From an uncultured bacterium (GTDB lineage Bacteria > Zixibacteria > MSB-5A5 > CAIYYT01): DNA of 64,000 bases. Below are positions 40,978 through 49,994 of the stretch, piece after piece. Location of the stretch: contig CAVSCK010000004.1 of the NCBI GenBank assembly GCA_963726455.1, forward strand, positions 1 through 64,000, in the 5' to 3' direction. The translations under genes were made by a program, and so were the position numbers. Under the pieces are notes generated by a model. The model was not told the DNA's origin and searched no databases. It worked only from the letters and a program-made list of their open reading frames with translations. The first letter of the stretch is position 1. Every line of letters starts with the position of its first letter.

Positions 40978-41925
40978 TTACGGACTCCTCGGATAGCGAA
41001 TGAAAATGTAATACTTCGACGAATCGACGCGATTATGTTGGGAGGGCGTGTTGTATAGCTCATTAACCTTGACGTTGAGCGCCGAATCGGCAAACGACTC
41101 GCGCGCGGGAAAGACAAGATGTCCGCGCACGGGGTCAAGAATCTGCGGGTTACGGGTGTCGACCAGGCCGTCATTATTATTATCGAGCCCAAGTATGCTA
41201 ATGAATGAAGATGCCCCCTGATGGTCGATATCTGACGGGTCCCTTTCCTCGGAAATGGTCGCATAACCAAGGAAGATATCTATCCGCAAACCATCAATAT
41301 CTTCGATCCGTCCACCCAAGCTGTAAACATTGCGCCAGACATAATTCCATGTCACATATTGCCGCTGCGGGTTTAGGTGTGCAATGAGCTTAAGTACGTA
41401 CGGACCCCCGTCGGGCTTATTCCCGATTGTGCGGTGAGTCGATTCCCCCATCCGTCGAAATGAGATGTAGGCGCCGAGTGAGAGGTCGGGGGTCACGGGT
41501 CGATCCATGATTAAATAATGTTCCAAGAGGCTATAGTAGTATGACCCACCACCCGTGTAGACGGGTGAATATGGTAGAAACTTGCCGGTTACGGTCTCGT
41601 TAGCATACTCATCGCGTCTGAAAGGATCCACAAAGAGACTGCATGGCTTGGCATTTTCGCTACCGGGCCAATTAGCGTTGATATTCACCGAGAAGAAGAG
41701 CTCCAGATTCGTGATGCTGTCGAGCGGCATCAGGTCATCTTCAGAGACGGTGTCGCGGCGCACCAGATCGTAATAAGTATTGTCAAGGAACTGGTAATCG
41801 CGAATGACTCTTTCATTCCACTTCTGAACGTTAACCGCCGGCGTGGTTCCATGGTCGCTGCAGGAAATCGCGGATAATGCCACAGAGATGGTCAGTAACA
41901 ATAAGCGGACACTGCCTTTTTTCAT
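40978..41925 (-). CDS. Lipoprotein resembling the N-terminal region of T9SS translocon SprA/Sov
   Basis: Lipobox ISC; LKLI..TWNYVWRNVYSLG..L.IDI..LGLDN..DG.VD..G.LVFP..E.F..LY..KYYI pattern, which matches the SprA N-terminal region as recalled, not searched. Confidence 0.6.
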   Translation of the reverse strand: MKKGSVRLLLLTISVALSAISCSDHGTTPAVNVQKWNERVIRDYQFLDNTYYDLVRRDTVSEDDLMPLDSITNLELFFSVNINANWPGSENAKPCSLFVDPFRRDEYANETVTGKFLPYSPVYTGGGSYYYSLLEHYLIMDRPVTPDLSLGAYISFRRMGESTHRTIGNKPDGGPYVLKLIAHLNPQRQYVTWNYVWRNVYSLGGRIEDIDGLRIDIFLGYATISEERDPSDIDHQGASSFISILGLDNNNDGLVDTRNPQILDPVRGHLVFPARESFADSALNVKVNELYNTPSQHNRVDSSKYYIFIRYPRSP

Positions 41926-42131
41926 GATTGCCTCCGGTGAAAGATTACGTAACTTTCTACATTTCCAATCAGAATGATGTTCCCGGATTCGTTTCCGGGG
42001 GGCGAGCGCGCTTTGGCGGCAATTACCAGAGAATAAAAATCGGGCTTTCCGGCGACCGAAATGTGCTATATTTGTTCTGCATCATTCCCGCTGGATTCCG
42101 ATCTAATGGGATATGAGAAAGGAATTGTGTC

Positions 42132-42452
42132 ATGTTGTTCGTCAGCGATAGTGCCAGAGATTCGCTGAAGGATGTCTTCCAGTCGGAGAAGGCGAAGAAT
42201 CAGCAGTTGATTCTCTATCTGCAAGGCGTTGGCTGAAGCGGTCCCGCAATGGGAATGACTCTGGATGAGTCAACGGACGGAATGGAGAAACTCGAATCCA
42301 ACGGAGTTTCTGCCTACATTGACCCCGATCTTTATCGCAACCTGAGCCAGCGGGGCAATATCTACATCGATTACGGAACCGATCGCTTTGGGATGACGGG
42401 GTTTTCGATCTCGATTAAGAAGAACGCCTCGGACTCCTCGGCCTGCTGTTAG
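42132..42452 (+). CDS. HesB/IscA-like selenoprotein (in-frame TGA at 42234-42236)
   Basis: RBS AAGGA, ATG 42132, MLFVSDSARDSLK..LYLQGVG-TGA-SGPAMGMTLDE continuing in frame into ORF 42249..42452; G-U-x-G-P..LDE is the HesB-like motif. Confidence 0.82.
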
Positions 42453-42474
42453 CGACGCGCTCGGCAGACGAATC

Positions 42475-42569
42475 GAGATTGCTTCGTCGTTCACCACACC
42501 ACCCGGCACACAGCTCACTCCTCGCAATGACTGGTGCATGCGATTCCGTCAGGAAAGGGTTCCTGACGG
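42475..42569. repeat. Two further REP-like elements
   Basis: GAGATTGCTTCGTCG..CTCCTCGCAATGAC (42475-42531) and the CGTC-type hairpin CCGTCAGGAAAGGGTTCCTGACGG (42546-42569). Confidence 0.6.
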
Positions 42570-42644
42570 CGCAACAGGGGGCCTGACGGCGAGAAAGCCC
42601 TCATGATCCCTCCTGTTTGAGTTCTTTGGTTAATATGTTCCCAC

Positions 42645-44507
42645 TTATTTCAACAGGACCATCTTTCTGCTTTCCACGAAGTCTATACCTGACACCTCCA
42701 ATCTGTAAAAGTAAACACCACTGGCGACCGGCAGCCCTGCGTCATTATCCCCCATCCAGTAAGCCGTGTGCCGCCCCGGATATTGCCTCTCGTCTATCAG
42801 TGTCTTGGTCTGCTGTCCCAGAGCGTTGTAGACGATCAGCTTTATCGGCGTCGGCTGCGCACCGAGATTTGGGAGTGCATACACTAATGCTGTGACTGCA
42901 TTAAAAGGGTTCGGATAGTTCTGTTCCAGTTCAGGTCGTCGTGGCATTTGAGCCGTTCCGATGTCTTGGACGTCCGTGACAAGAAACTCAACTGCGGTAG
43001 CCGGCGGTGAAACCAGAGCCGAACTGTCTACTGCCACGACCGTATAGTAGTAGTCCTGCGGTACAACCATTCCTGAGTCAGTGAACCAGAAGCGGGTCGT
43101 GTCCATCCCCGTCCAGTTGAAAATTGAATCTACTCGATGAGGCACGTAGCCGATCACGTGAGCGCTATCCAAAGGGATTGAAGCTCCTTCAGAACGAAAG
43201 ACCGCGTAGTACCTTACATCGGCCTCAGTGTTGGGGAACCAGCTAAGAGTCACTGATGTTCGTGTGGCCGTGCCGGCAAAGTCCCTCGGCGTGGAAGGTG
43301 GATAATCCTGGTAAATATAGAACGATCCCCCCGGACCTCCGAAGGCTCCCATATCCGAGCGACTGCCATCAACGTCAAGAATCCAGGGCGCTCCGGCATC
43401 AATGCAGGGCGAACCTGCCTGTAATTGCAGGTCGCCATTCTCAGGATCGACGTACATCGGATCCCGATACACGTTCAGCCAAAGCGAGTCGATTTGAATT
43501 GTGTCCCAGTCGACCGCGATGAAATCCTCGTTGTGGAAGGGCTTGAGAGAAGAAAAGCAGTTGTACTCGATCCGGAGGTGGCTACTGTCTGGTCCCGGTT
43601 CCCCAACCCTGATTCGCGGGCGGTAGCCGCCGAAGATGTTGTTGTATATCTCACAACTCTCCAAATACGGCATCCACATCCAGACAGCTTCGTATGGGAA
43701 ACCGTGCGCTTGCCCGGAGAAATAGAAGCTATTATTCAGGACTTTTAGCCTGGCCGCCCCTACGGTGAAGCCACCGGTGGCCCACTCGTTCTTGTAGAAG
43801 AGATTGTTCGAAACCTCCACGTTGGCATAGAATGACGTGCCATCAAACCCAGGCGACGTACCCACAAAGATGTTCTTCCGGACGATAAATGCACCCGTGC
43901 AGCCGATGAAGCTGCAACCGTAAGCCCAACCATTTGGATCATACACGGTGTTATTTTCAAACAGCAGATTTCTGCTCTCGGAAATACTGAGTCCACTAAA
44001 CACAAATGCCTCGAACCAACACGAGTTAATCTGTGCAGTTTGAGGCCTAAGGATCTCTATCCCGTCATCCTCAAAATTGGAGAACTTGCAGCCGGTGATA
44101 AAGTAACTGTCGGTGTAATGGCTGGTTGCGAATACGCCGTGCATACTCTCATTTGCGATGCAGTGGACGCCTTCCAATGAGCATGAGTCGGCCAACCTAA
44201 ATAGAGCATACACATTGATCGAGCCAATAACCGTCGTCGAATCCATCCCCTGACCACGAATCAGGACGTGTGGCTTTAAGTCTATTTGCTTGGAGAGGTG
44301 GTATTGCCCGGAGGCAATCAAGACCGTATCACCCGGGGAAGCCAGGTCGTTTGCCATTTCGATGAACCAGGCTGCCGTTTCCCAGGAAGTGTAGGGAGCA
44401 ATGGAGGTACCCGATGTAGAAACGTAGCAGATTGTGGCGTAACTGGGAACAGACCATCCCAAGACTAAAAGCAGGAGGCAGCCAAACCGCAATCGCCGAA
44501 AAGACAT
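42645..44507 (-). CDS. Secreted right-handed beta-helix protein with FN3 domain and T9SS type-A/FlgD-like C-terminal domain
   Basis: Signal peptide, A.PGDTVLIASG.Y, beta-helix coils, DP.YVD..GD..LQAGSPCIDAG..DGSRSDMGAFGGP, QNYPNPFN..ASGVYFYRL..KMVLLK. Confidence 0.9.
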   Translation of the reverse strand: MSFRRLRFGCLLLLVLGWSVPSYATICYVSTSGTSIAPYTSWETAAWFIEMANDLASPGDTVLIASGQYHLSKQIDLKPHVLIRGQGMDSTTVIGSINVYALFRLADSCSLEGVHCIANESMHGVFATSHYTDSYFITGCKFSNFEDDGIEILRPQTAQINSCWFEAFVFSGLSISESRNLLFENNTVYDPNGWAYGCSFIGCTGAFIVRKNIFVGTSPGFDGTSFYANVEVSNNLFYKNEWATGGFTVGAARLKVLNNSFYFSGQAHGFPYEAVWMWMPYLESCEIYNNIFGGYRPRIRVGEPGPDSSHLRIEYNCFSSLKPFHNEDFIAVDWDTIQIDSLWLNVYRDPMYVDPENGDLQLQAGSPCIDAGAPWILDVDGSRSDMGAFGGPGGSFYIYQDYPPSTPRDFAGTATRTSVTLSWFPNTEADVRYYAVFRSEGASIPLDSAHVIGYVPHRVDSIFNWTGMDTTRFWFTDSGMVVPQDYYYTVVAVDSSALVSPPATAVEFLVTDVQDIGTAQMPRRPELEQNYPNPFNAVTALVYALPNLGAQPTPIKLIVYNALGQQTKTLIDERQYPGRHTAYWMGDNDAGLPVASGVYFYRLEVSGIDFVESRKMVLLK

Positions 44508-44536
44508 ATCGGCCCTCTCATATTTGAGTCTGCTAC

Positions 44537-44565
44537 AATATAGACACGATAATTAATATTGTCAA
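44537..44565 (-). promoter_or_regulatory. sigma70 promoter
   Basis: TTGACA-N17-TATATT, ~30 nt upstream of ATG 44507. Confidence 0.65.
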
Positions 44566-44610
44566 GAAGACGTTGAGCAGATCAAGACCCACTACGGCGC
44601 GGGAACCGAA

Positions 44611-45267
44611 TCAACTTTCGGGTTTGTCTTCAAGATTGCGGATGAGAATCGTGCCTTCGATAATCGGGGGAATGCCGCGAGCGATGCAGACAGTCGCGGC
44701 AATGACGGCGGTGACGTAGCCGATCCTGAAACCGACATGGAGGAAATCAGCCGTGACAAAGTGCAGCTCATGTTGCAGTTGTTGCAGGCCGGAGACGAGC
44801 AATAGCCAGCCAAACGTAAAGGCCTTTAGCACGGCATAACCGGTGCGCATGATGGGGGAGCCGGTGAGAAACCTGCCAAGCGCGCTATGCATCATGGTGG
44901 TCTTGCCGAACGCCGTATATCCGAATTTGAGCAAGTAGCCGCGAATCGAATCGGTGAGGACGGAGCGCGAAATGACGGCAATGGGAATCCAGAGCGGGAC
45001 GAGTTTCAAGTCGGCCAGCACGATCCAGAGCACGGATTCGACAATACGGTCGCCGGCAATGTCGAGTACGCTGCCCAATGCCGAGGACTCGTGCAATTTG
45101 CGCGCAAGAAAACCATCGAGCCAGTCGCCAATAATGACCACAACAGCTAGAAAGGCCGCAGTGACGCGCGCCCAGAGACTTTGCCCATAGACCAGAACGA
45201 CTAGATAGAACAACAGCCCGATACGGGCGATGGTAACGCGGTTGGCCCAGGAACTGATCTTCGGCAA
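44611..45267 (-). CDS. CDP-alcohol phosphatidyltransferase
   Basis: AN.VTIAR, DWLDGFLAR..S.LG..LD..GDR signature. Confidence 0.92.
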   Translation of the reverse strand: MPKISSWANRVTIARIGLLFYLVVLVYGQSLWARVTAAFLAVVVIIGDWLDGFLARKLHESSALGSVLDIAGDRIVESVLWIVLADLKLVPLWIPIAVISRSVLTDSIRGYLLKFGYTAFGKTTMMHSALGRFLTGSPIMRTGYAVLKAFTFGWLLLVSGLQQLQHELHFVTADFLHVGFRIGYVTAVIAATVCIARGIPPIIEGTILIRNLEDKPES

Positions 45268-45502
45268 TTGATACCTCTTCGATTGGTCGTGAAAATTACG
45301 TGATTTACGCCGTCAAGGCAAACAGAAAACACCCTATTTAAGCCGATTTGGGGCGGCTACTTTTACGTTGCCCGATTGTCCATCCGGGACTTACCTTGGT
45401 GTGTGCAGCCGATAATCCCAATATGGTTTGCGAGTTGAAGAACATGCAAGACCGCCCGGTTTTCGGACCAGATTGTCCCGTCGAGATCGCAGGAGCAAGT
45501 CG

Positions 45503-46906
45503 ATGAGAATTAGGCGCCTCGAACCTGAGACCATATTGGTGCTGAGTTTTGCCGCTTTTATTCTTGGGGGCGCGCTGTTGCTGATGTTACCGGGGGCTAC
45601 CACAGACAATTCGATAAGTTTCGTCGACGCGCTGTTCACCACGACTTCCGCGACCTGCGTTACCGGATTGGTTGTCCACGATGTCGGAAAATTCTACACT
45701 ATGTTTGGCCAGGTTGTGATTCTAGTGTCCATCCAACTCGGTGGCATAGGCATCATGACATTTTCGACGTTTCTGCTGTACATATTCGGACGACGGCTGA
45801 CAGTACGCGATTCAGATCTCCTGACGAAGACGTTGGGGCGCACCGGGAGCCAGACGCCGATCGGGCTCCTCTGGACAGTTATTGTAGTCAGCTTGCTGGT
45901 CGAGGCCATCGGCGCGATGCTGCTATATAGCCGTTTTGCGGGCGATATGCCGGAATCGCAGGCGGCTTGGGCGTCGATATTTCATTCCGTGTCGGCATTC
46001 TGTAACGCCGGATTCTCAATTTTCACGGCCAACTTGATGGGCTATAGTGCCGATCTGACGGTCAACATCACAATCATGTTGCTGGTTATTTTCGGTGGCA
46101 TCGGCTTTATCGTGTTCCTGGAGCTATATCAATTCGGTCGCTCCAAGGTCAGGTCCATTCTGGACACGTTCCGTGGCCGCAGGCAGGCAAGCTACTTGTC
46201 CGAAGCGCCGTTTCGGTTTTCGATTCACTCCAAGATCGTCATCACAGTAACGATAATCCTGATCGTCGGCGGAGCCCTGGTGATCGGCGTACTTGAGTAC
46301 AACAATGTCGGCAAAGGGATGTCGGTCAAGGAGCGCGTGCTGACGTCGCTATTCCAAGCGGTGACGCCTCGCACGGCGGGATTCAATACGATCGACACGG
46401 GAGCGTTAACCGATGCCACGCTCGTGATCATTACGTTCTTAATGTTCATCGGCGCATCGCCCGGTTCAACGGGTGGCGGTATCAAGACCTCGACCTTCGC
46501 CGTGCTGATGGGCATGATCAGATCGACGATGTCCAAGAAACAGCGCGTTACGTTTTTCAGGCGTAGCGTCAGCACGCTGGTGCAGTCGGAGGCGGTGACA
46601 CTCACCTTTCTGGCAGCAGGAGTCGTGATAGTCGGCAGTATGCTGTTACAGATCGCAGAAACGGCGGCGTCATCATCCACTGGTCACGGCAAGTTTCTGG
46701 AACTGATGTTCGAGACGGTCTCGGCCTTCGGCACGGTCGGGTTGTCGGCGAATGTCACGCCGACACTGTCAACATTCAGCAAATACGTGTTGATAGCCGA
46801 GATGTTTATAGGACGACTCGGACCACTGACACTGGCGGTCGTCCTGAGCCGGCGCAAGCGGGGTACGGAAATTGTATTTCCGGACGGTCGGATAATTATC
46901 GGATAG
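45503..46906 (+). CDS. ktrB: Ktr/Trk potassium uptake membrane subunit (KtrB/TrkH)
   Basis: DALFT.TSA.CVTGL, FHSVSAFCNAGF, RTAGFN, FIGASPGSTGGGIK, FETVSAFGTVGLS; RBS AGGAG before ATG 45503. Confidence 0.93.
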   Translation: MRIRRLEPETILVLSFAAFILGGALLLMLPGATTDNSISFVDALFTTTSATCVTGLVVHDVGKFYTMFGQVVILVSIQLGGIGIMTFSTFLLYIFGRRLTVRDSDLLTKTLGRTGSQTPIGLLWTVIVVSLLVEAIGAMLLYSRFAGDMPESQAAWASIFHSVSAFCNAGFSIFTANLMGYSADLTVNITIMLLVIFGGIGFIVFLELYQFGRSKVRSILDTFRGRRQASYLSEAPFRFSIHSKIVITVTIILIVGGALVIGVLEYNNVGKGMSVKERVLTSLFQAVTPRTAGFNTIDTGALTDATLVIITFLMFIGASPGSTGGGIKTSTFAVLMGMIRSTMSKKQRVTFFRRSVSTLVQSEAVTLTFLAAGVVIVGSMLLQIAETAASSSTGHGKFLELMFETVSAFGTVGLSANVTPTLSTFSKYVLIAEMFIGRLGPLTLAVVLSRRKRGTEIVFPDGRIIIG

Positions 46907-46976
46907 TTGTTGACCATGACTGGCCCGACGAGGCAGGACAACCTGATTGGGATATTGTTAGACTGGAGTTGATAGA

Positions 46977-47642
46977 ATGGGATTGAGAACATTCGGGATA
47001 ATCGGCCTGAGCAGTTTCGGCCACTATCTGGCGCTGGAACTTGCCAAGGCAGGACACGATGTGGTGGTGGTCGACAATGACGAGGAGAAGGTTGAGGCCG
47101 TCAAGGATTACGTGGCCAAGGCCGTAATCGCAGACGCGTCCGACCGCAAGACGCTGCAAGGCCTGGGGCTCAAGCGGTGCGATGCGGTGGTCGTGAGTCT
47201 GGGTACGTCGATCGCGGTGAGCATTCTGGTGACGTTGTACCTAAAAGAAATCGGCATCAAGCACATCATGGTGAAAGCAATCAACCCCGATCAAGGCAAG
47301 ATCGTCGAGTTGATTGGCGCCAACGAAGTTGTGTACCCGGAGCGTGATATGGCACTGCGAGTCGCCAACAAACTGCGGTTTCCGAATGTTATTGAGCAGA
47401 TGACGATCGGTGACCGAATGCAATTCGTCGAGATTGTCGTGCCTGACCGTTTCGTTGGCAAGACATTGAAACAGCTCGATCTCCGGAAACAGTATCAGGT
47501 ACAGGTGGTACTGTTGCGAGCTGCAGGAACTGAGAAGACGACGCTGCTTCCGACCGGAGACCGGGCGCTGCAGAAAGGAGAAATCCTGATCATTCTGGGT
47601 GAAACCAATGCTATCGAGCGGTTTCAGCAAGAGTGGCAGTAG
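46977..47642 (+). CDS. ktrA: Ktr/Trk RCK regulatory subunit (KtrA/TrkA)
   Basis: IIGL..FG..LA.EL...GHDV, IGA..VVYPERDM, C-terminal TrkA_C. Confidence 0.93.
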   Translation: MGLRTFGIIGLSSFGHYLALELAKAGHDVVVVDNDEEKVEAVKDYVAKAVIADASDRKTLQGLGLKRCDAVVVSLGTSIAVSILVTLYLKEIGIKHIMVKAINPDQGKIVELIGANEVVYPERDMALRVANKLRFPNVIEQMTIGDRMQFVEIVVPDRFVGKTLKQLDLRKQYQVQVVLLRAAGTEKTTLLPTGDRALQKGEILIILGETNAIERFQQEWQ

Positions 47643-47858
47643 ACTAAACGAGCGCTTGATTAATGAGCACTATTTCATTATTATACATGGGGTTATCATA
47701 ACGGTGGCCGGCTTTTCGGTTGGAGAACTGAGAAGACTCTTCGAGCATAAGAGTCCACTGCTATTGATGGCCGGATTTGTCCCGAGGAAAAGCTTTTCAC
47801 ACCGTAATGGTCTGATCAGCACCAAATCAGAAAGTTGCTTTCATTGAAAGGTACCAAT

Positions 47859-49931
47859 ATGTCGGGAAGTTCGCTAACGCGTCAGCTACTTTTCGTAGTT
47901 ATCGCCGTCGCTTTTATGGCCTCCATTTCCTACGGGGCGGGCAAAGTTGCCTACCGGGTTGAGAAGGGAAGCACCACAGCAACGGCATCAATTACTTCCC
48001 CCGAAGAAATCAATCGGGTTCCACATCCGATTTCGACAAACAAGCCGATGCGGAAGAACCACAAGCCACCAATGGTTCCGCCGGCGGACAAGGTTGCGCA
48101 GATTGTTTGGGAAACGTACGATCCTGCCAATCCGCGGCACCTGCTCGACAAAGCAGATACTGAGTTGGGCAAGGCGCTGTCGACGATGGAGCCATGCCAG
48201 AGCTTCACGGGCGTGACGAATACCGGCTGGAATCCACCCGATCCGCATGTCGCAGTAGGGCCGAGTCATGTAGTCGTCGTGGTAAACAGTTCGATCGGTA
48301 TTTTCGATCGTACCACAGGGCAACAACTACTGCAGAGTACGAGCGCATTCTGGTTTCAGAATACTGTTCCGGCGCCTGCCAGCGGGTTCATTTATGACCC
48401 AAAGGTTTTCTATGATCCGGTTGCCGGGAGATTCGTGATTCTTTATTTGTGTACTGACGATGTCTCGAAGGCGCAGTATCTCATATCAGCATCACAAAGT
48501 TCAAACGCTATGGGGAACTGGTACAGCTACGCATTGGATGCGGGACGCGACGGCGATCAGCCGACCAACAACTGGGCGGACTATCCCGGTCTGGGATTTG
48601 ACTACAATGGCGCCGTTTACGTCACTTCGAACCAGTGGCTATTCAACGGCGGGTATCAGTATGCCAAAGTTCGTGTCATTCCCAAGAGCCAGTTATACGG
48701 CGGCGGACCCGTGTCGTATACTGATCTCTGGAATCTGACATACGAAGACGGCTCAGTTGCCTTCACCGTCAAGCCGGCATCGACGTACTCCGACGCCAAC
48801 GGCGAATTTCTCATCAGCAACATCTGGTATGGCAGCAATTACACAACGTATTGGAAAATTACCTATCCTGCGGGCAATCCTGGAGCGCCAGTCTTGACGC
48901 GCAGGCCGCAAGTAAATCTGACGACTTACTATCCGGCTTCGCCAACGATGCAGCAGCAGGGTGGAAGTCCGGTTGGGTCATTGGGCGCTATGACACAGGA
49001 TGTCGCCTACCGTAACGGAATGGTATACACTTCGTTTGACGAGGGATTCAACTGGGGATCGGGCCAGGTCGCGGCGATTCGCGTTCTGGGTATCGATACG
49101 GTTACGTCAGTTGCAGACGTCGACAAGGTTTTTGGTTCCGATCAGAAATTCTACTTCTTCCCGAACATCTATATCGATCCGACTAACAAGATCTATCTGG
49201 TCTACAACCGGTCGGCGAGCAACGAGTGGATCGCCGTTCGCTACGTCGAGGATCTCCTGAATGATAATACCAGCCGTGTGTTGAAGGCGGGTGAGGGACC
49301 GCACAGCGGCGGCTCGCCGGTACGTTGGGGAGACTACGCCGGAATCGTCCCTGATCCGCTCGATCAAAACCGCGCCTGGATTTGCAGCGAGTACAGTCCG
49401 GCATCGCTGAACAGTTGGAGCACCTGGGTGGGAGAAATACCATCCAAGATTTCCAAGCCGGTGCTGGCAATGCCTGCTGATGGCGCGCGAGTTACCGTGC
49501 CAGTTTCGTTGACCTGGGATCAAGCCGCATCTGCGACAACCTACTTCCTGCAGGTTGACGACGATTCGACCTTCGCTACTCCGAAGATCGAAGTGGTAGT
49601 CAATACGAACAATTATTCTGCCAGTGCGCTGGATGACCGCACTCACTACTATTGGCGCGTCAAGGGTAACACAGTCTGTCCGTCGAATGAGTGGTCATTG
49701 CGGCGGTCATTTGGAACCTGCAGCTATGTATCGGGGGATGCCAACGGCAGTGGAACTGTCGATATCAGCGACGTCGTCTTCCTGATTAGTTACATCTTCG
49801 GTAACGGTGCGGCGCCGTCGCCGTTGTCGTCAGGAGACGCAACCTGCGATACCGCGATAGATATATCCGACGCCGTGTACCTTATCGCCTATATCTTCTC
49901 AGGAGGCCCCGCTCCGTGCAATCCATGCTAA
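47859..49931 (+). CDS. Secreted protein (PPDP..AVGP / RWGDY putative beta-propeller, FN3-like domain) with C-terminal dockerin-like domain
   Basis: Signal peptide; PPDPHVAVGPSHVV, DP.V.YD, DYP.LG, RWGDY; YYWRVK; tail GDANGSGTVDISDVVFLISYIF..GDATCDTAIDISDAVYLIAYIFSGGPAPCNPC. Confidence 0.88.
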   Translation: MSGSSLTRQLLFVVIAVAFMASISYGAGKVAYRVEKGSTTATASITSPEEINRVPHPISTNKPMRKNHKPPMVPPADKVAQIVWETYDPANPRHLLDKADTELGKALSTMEPCQSFTGVTNTGWNPPDPHVAVGPSHVVVVVNSSIGIFDRTTGQQLLQSTSAFWFQNTVPAPASGFIYDPKVFYDPVAGRFVILYLCTDDVSKAQYLISASQSSNAMGNWYSYALDAGRDGDQPTNNWADYPGLGFDYNGAVYVTSNQWLFNGGYQYAKVRVIPKSQLYGGGPVSYTDLWNLTYEDGSVAFTVKPASTYSDANGEFLISNIWYGSNYTTYWKITYPAGNPGAPVLTRRPQVNLTTYYPASPTMQQQGGSPVGSLGAMTQDVAYRNGMVYTSFDEGFNWGSGQVAAIRVLGIDTVTSVADVDKVFGSDQKFYFFPNIYIDPTNKIYLVYNRSASNEWIAVRYVEDLLNDNTSRVLKAGEGPHSGGSPVRWGDYAGIVPDPLDQNRAWICSEYSPASLNSWSTWVGEIPSKISKPVLAMPADGARVTVPVSLTWDQAASATTYFLQVDDDSTFATPKIEVVVNTNNYSASALDDRTHYYWRVKGNTVCPSNEWSLRRSFGTCSYVSGDANGSGTVDISDVVFLISYIFGNGAAPSPLSSGDATCDTAIDISDAVYLIAYIFSGGPAPCNPC

Positions 49932-49994
49932 TGAATAACAATCACCGTGAAACCATCGACCGCCGAATTCGCACCGGTTATAAGGAATTCATCA

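Noticed and set aside
45270-45502. c-di-AMP (ydaO) riboswitch upstream of the ktr operon
   Set aside because: The conserved ydaO sequence blocks were not recognisable.
47660-47685. Fur-box-like AATGA-N8-TCATT upstream of the dockerin gene
   Set aside because: The spacing is one base short of the 19-bp consensus and it is a single occurrence; too weak to call.
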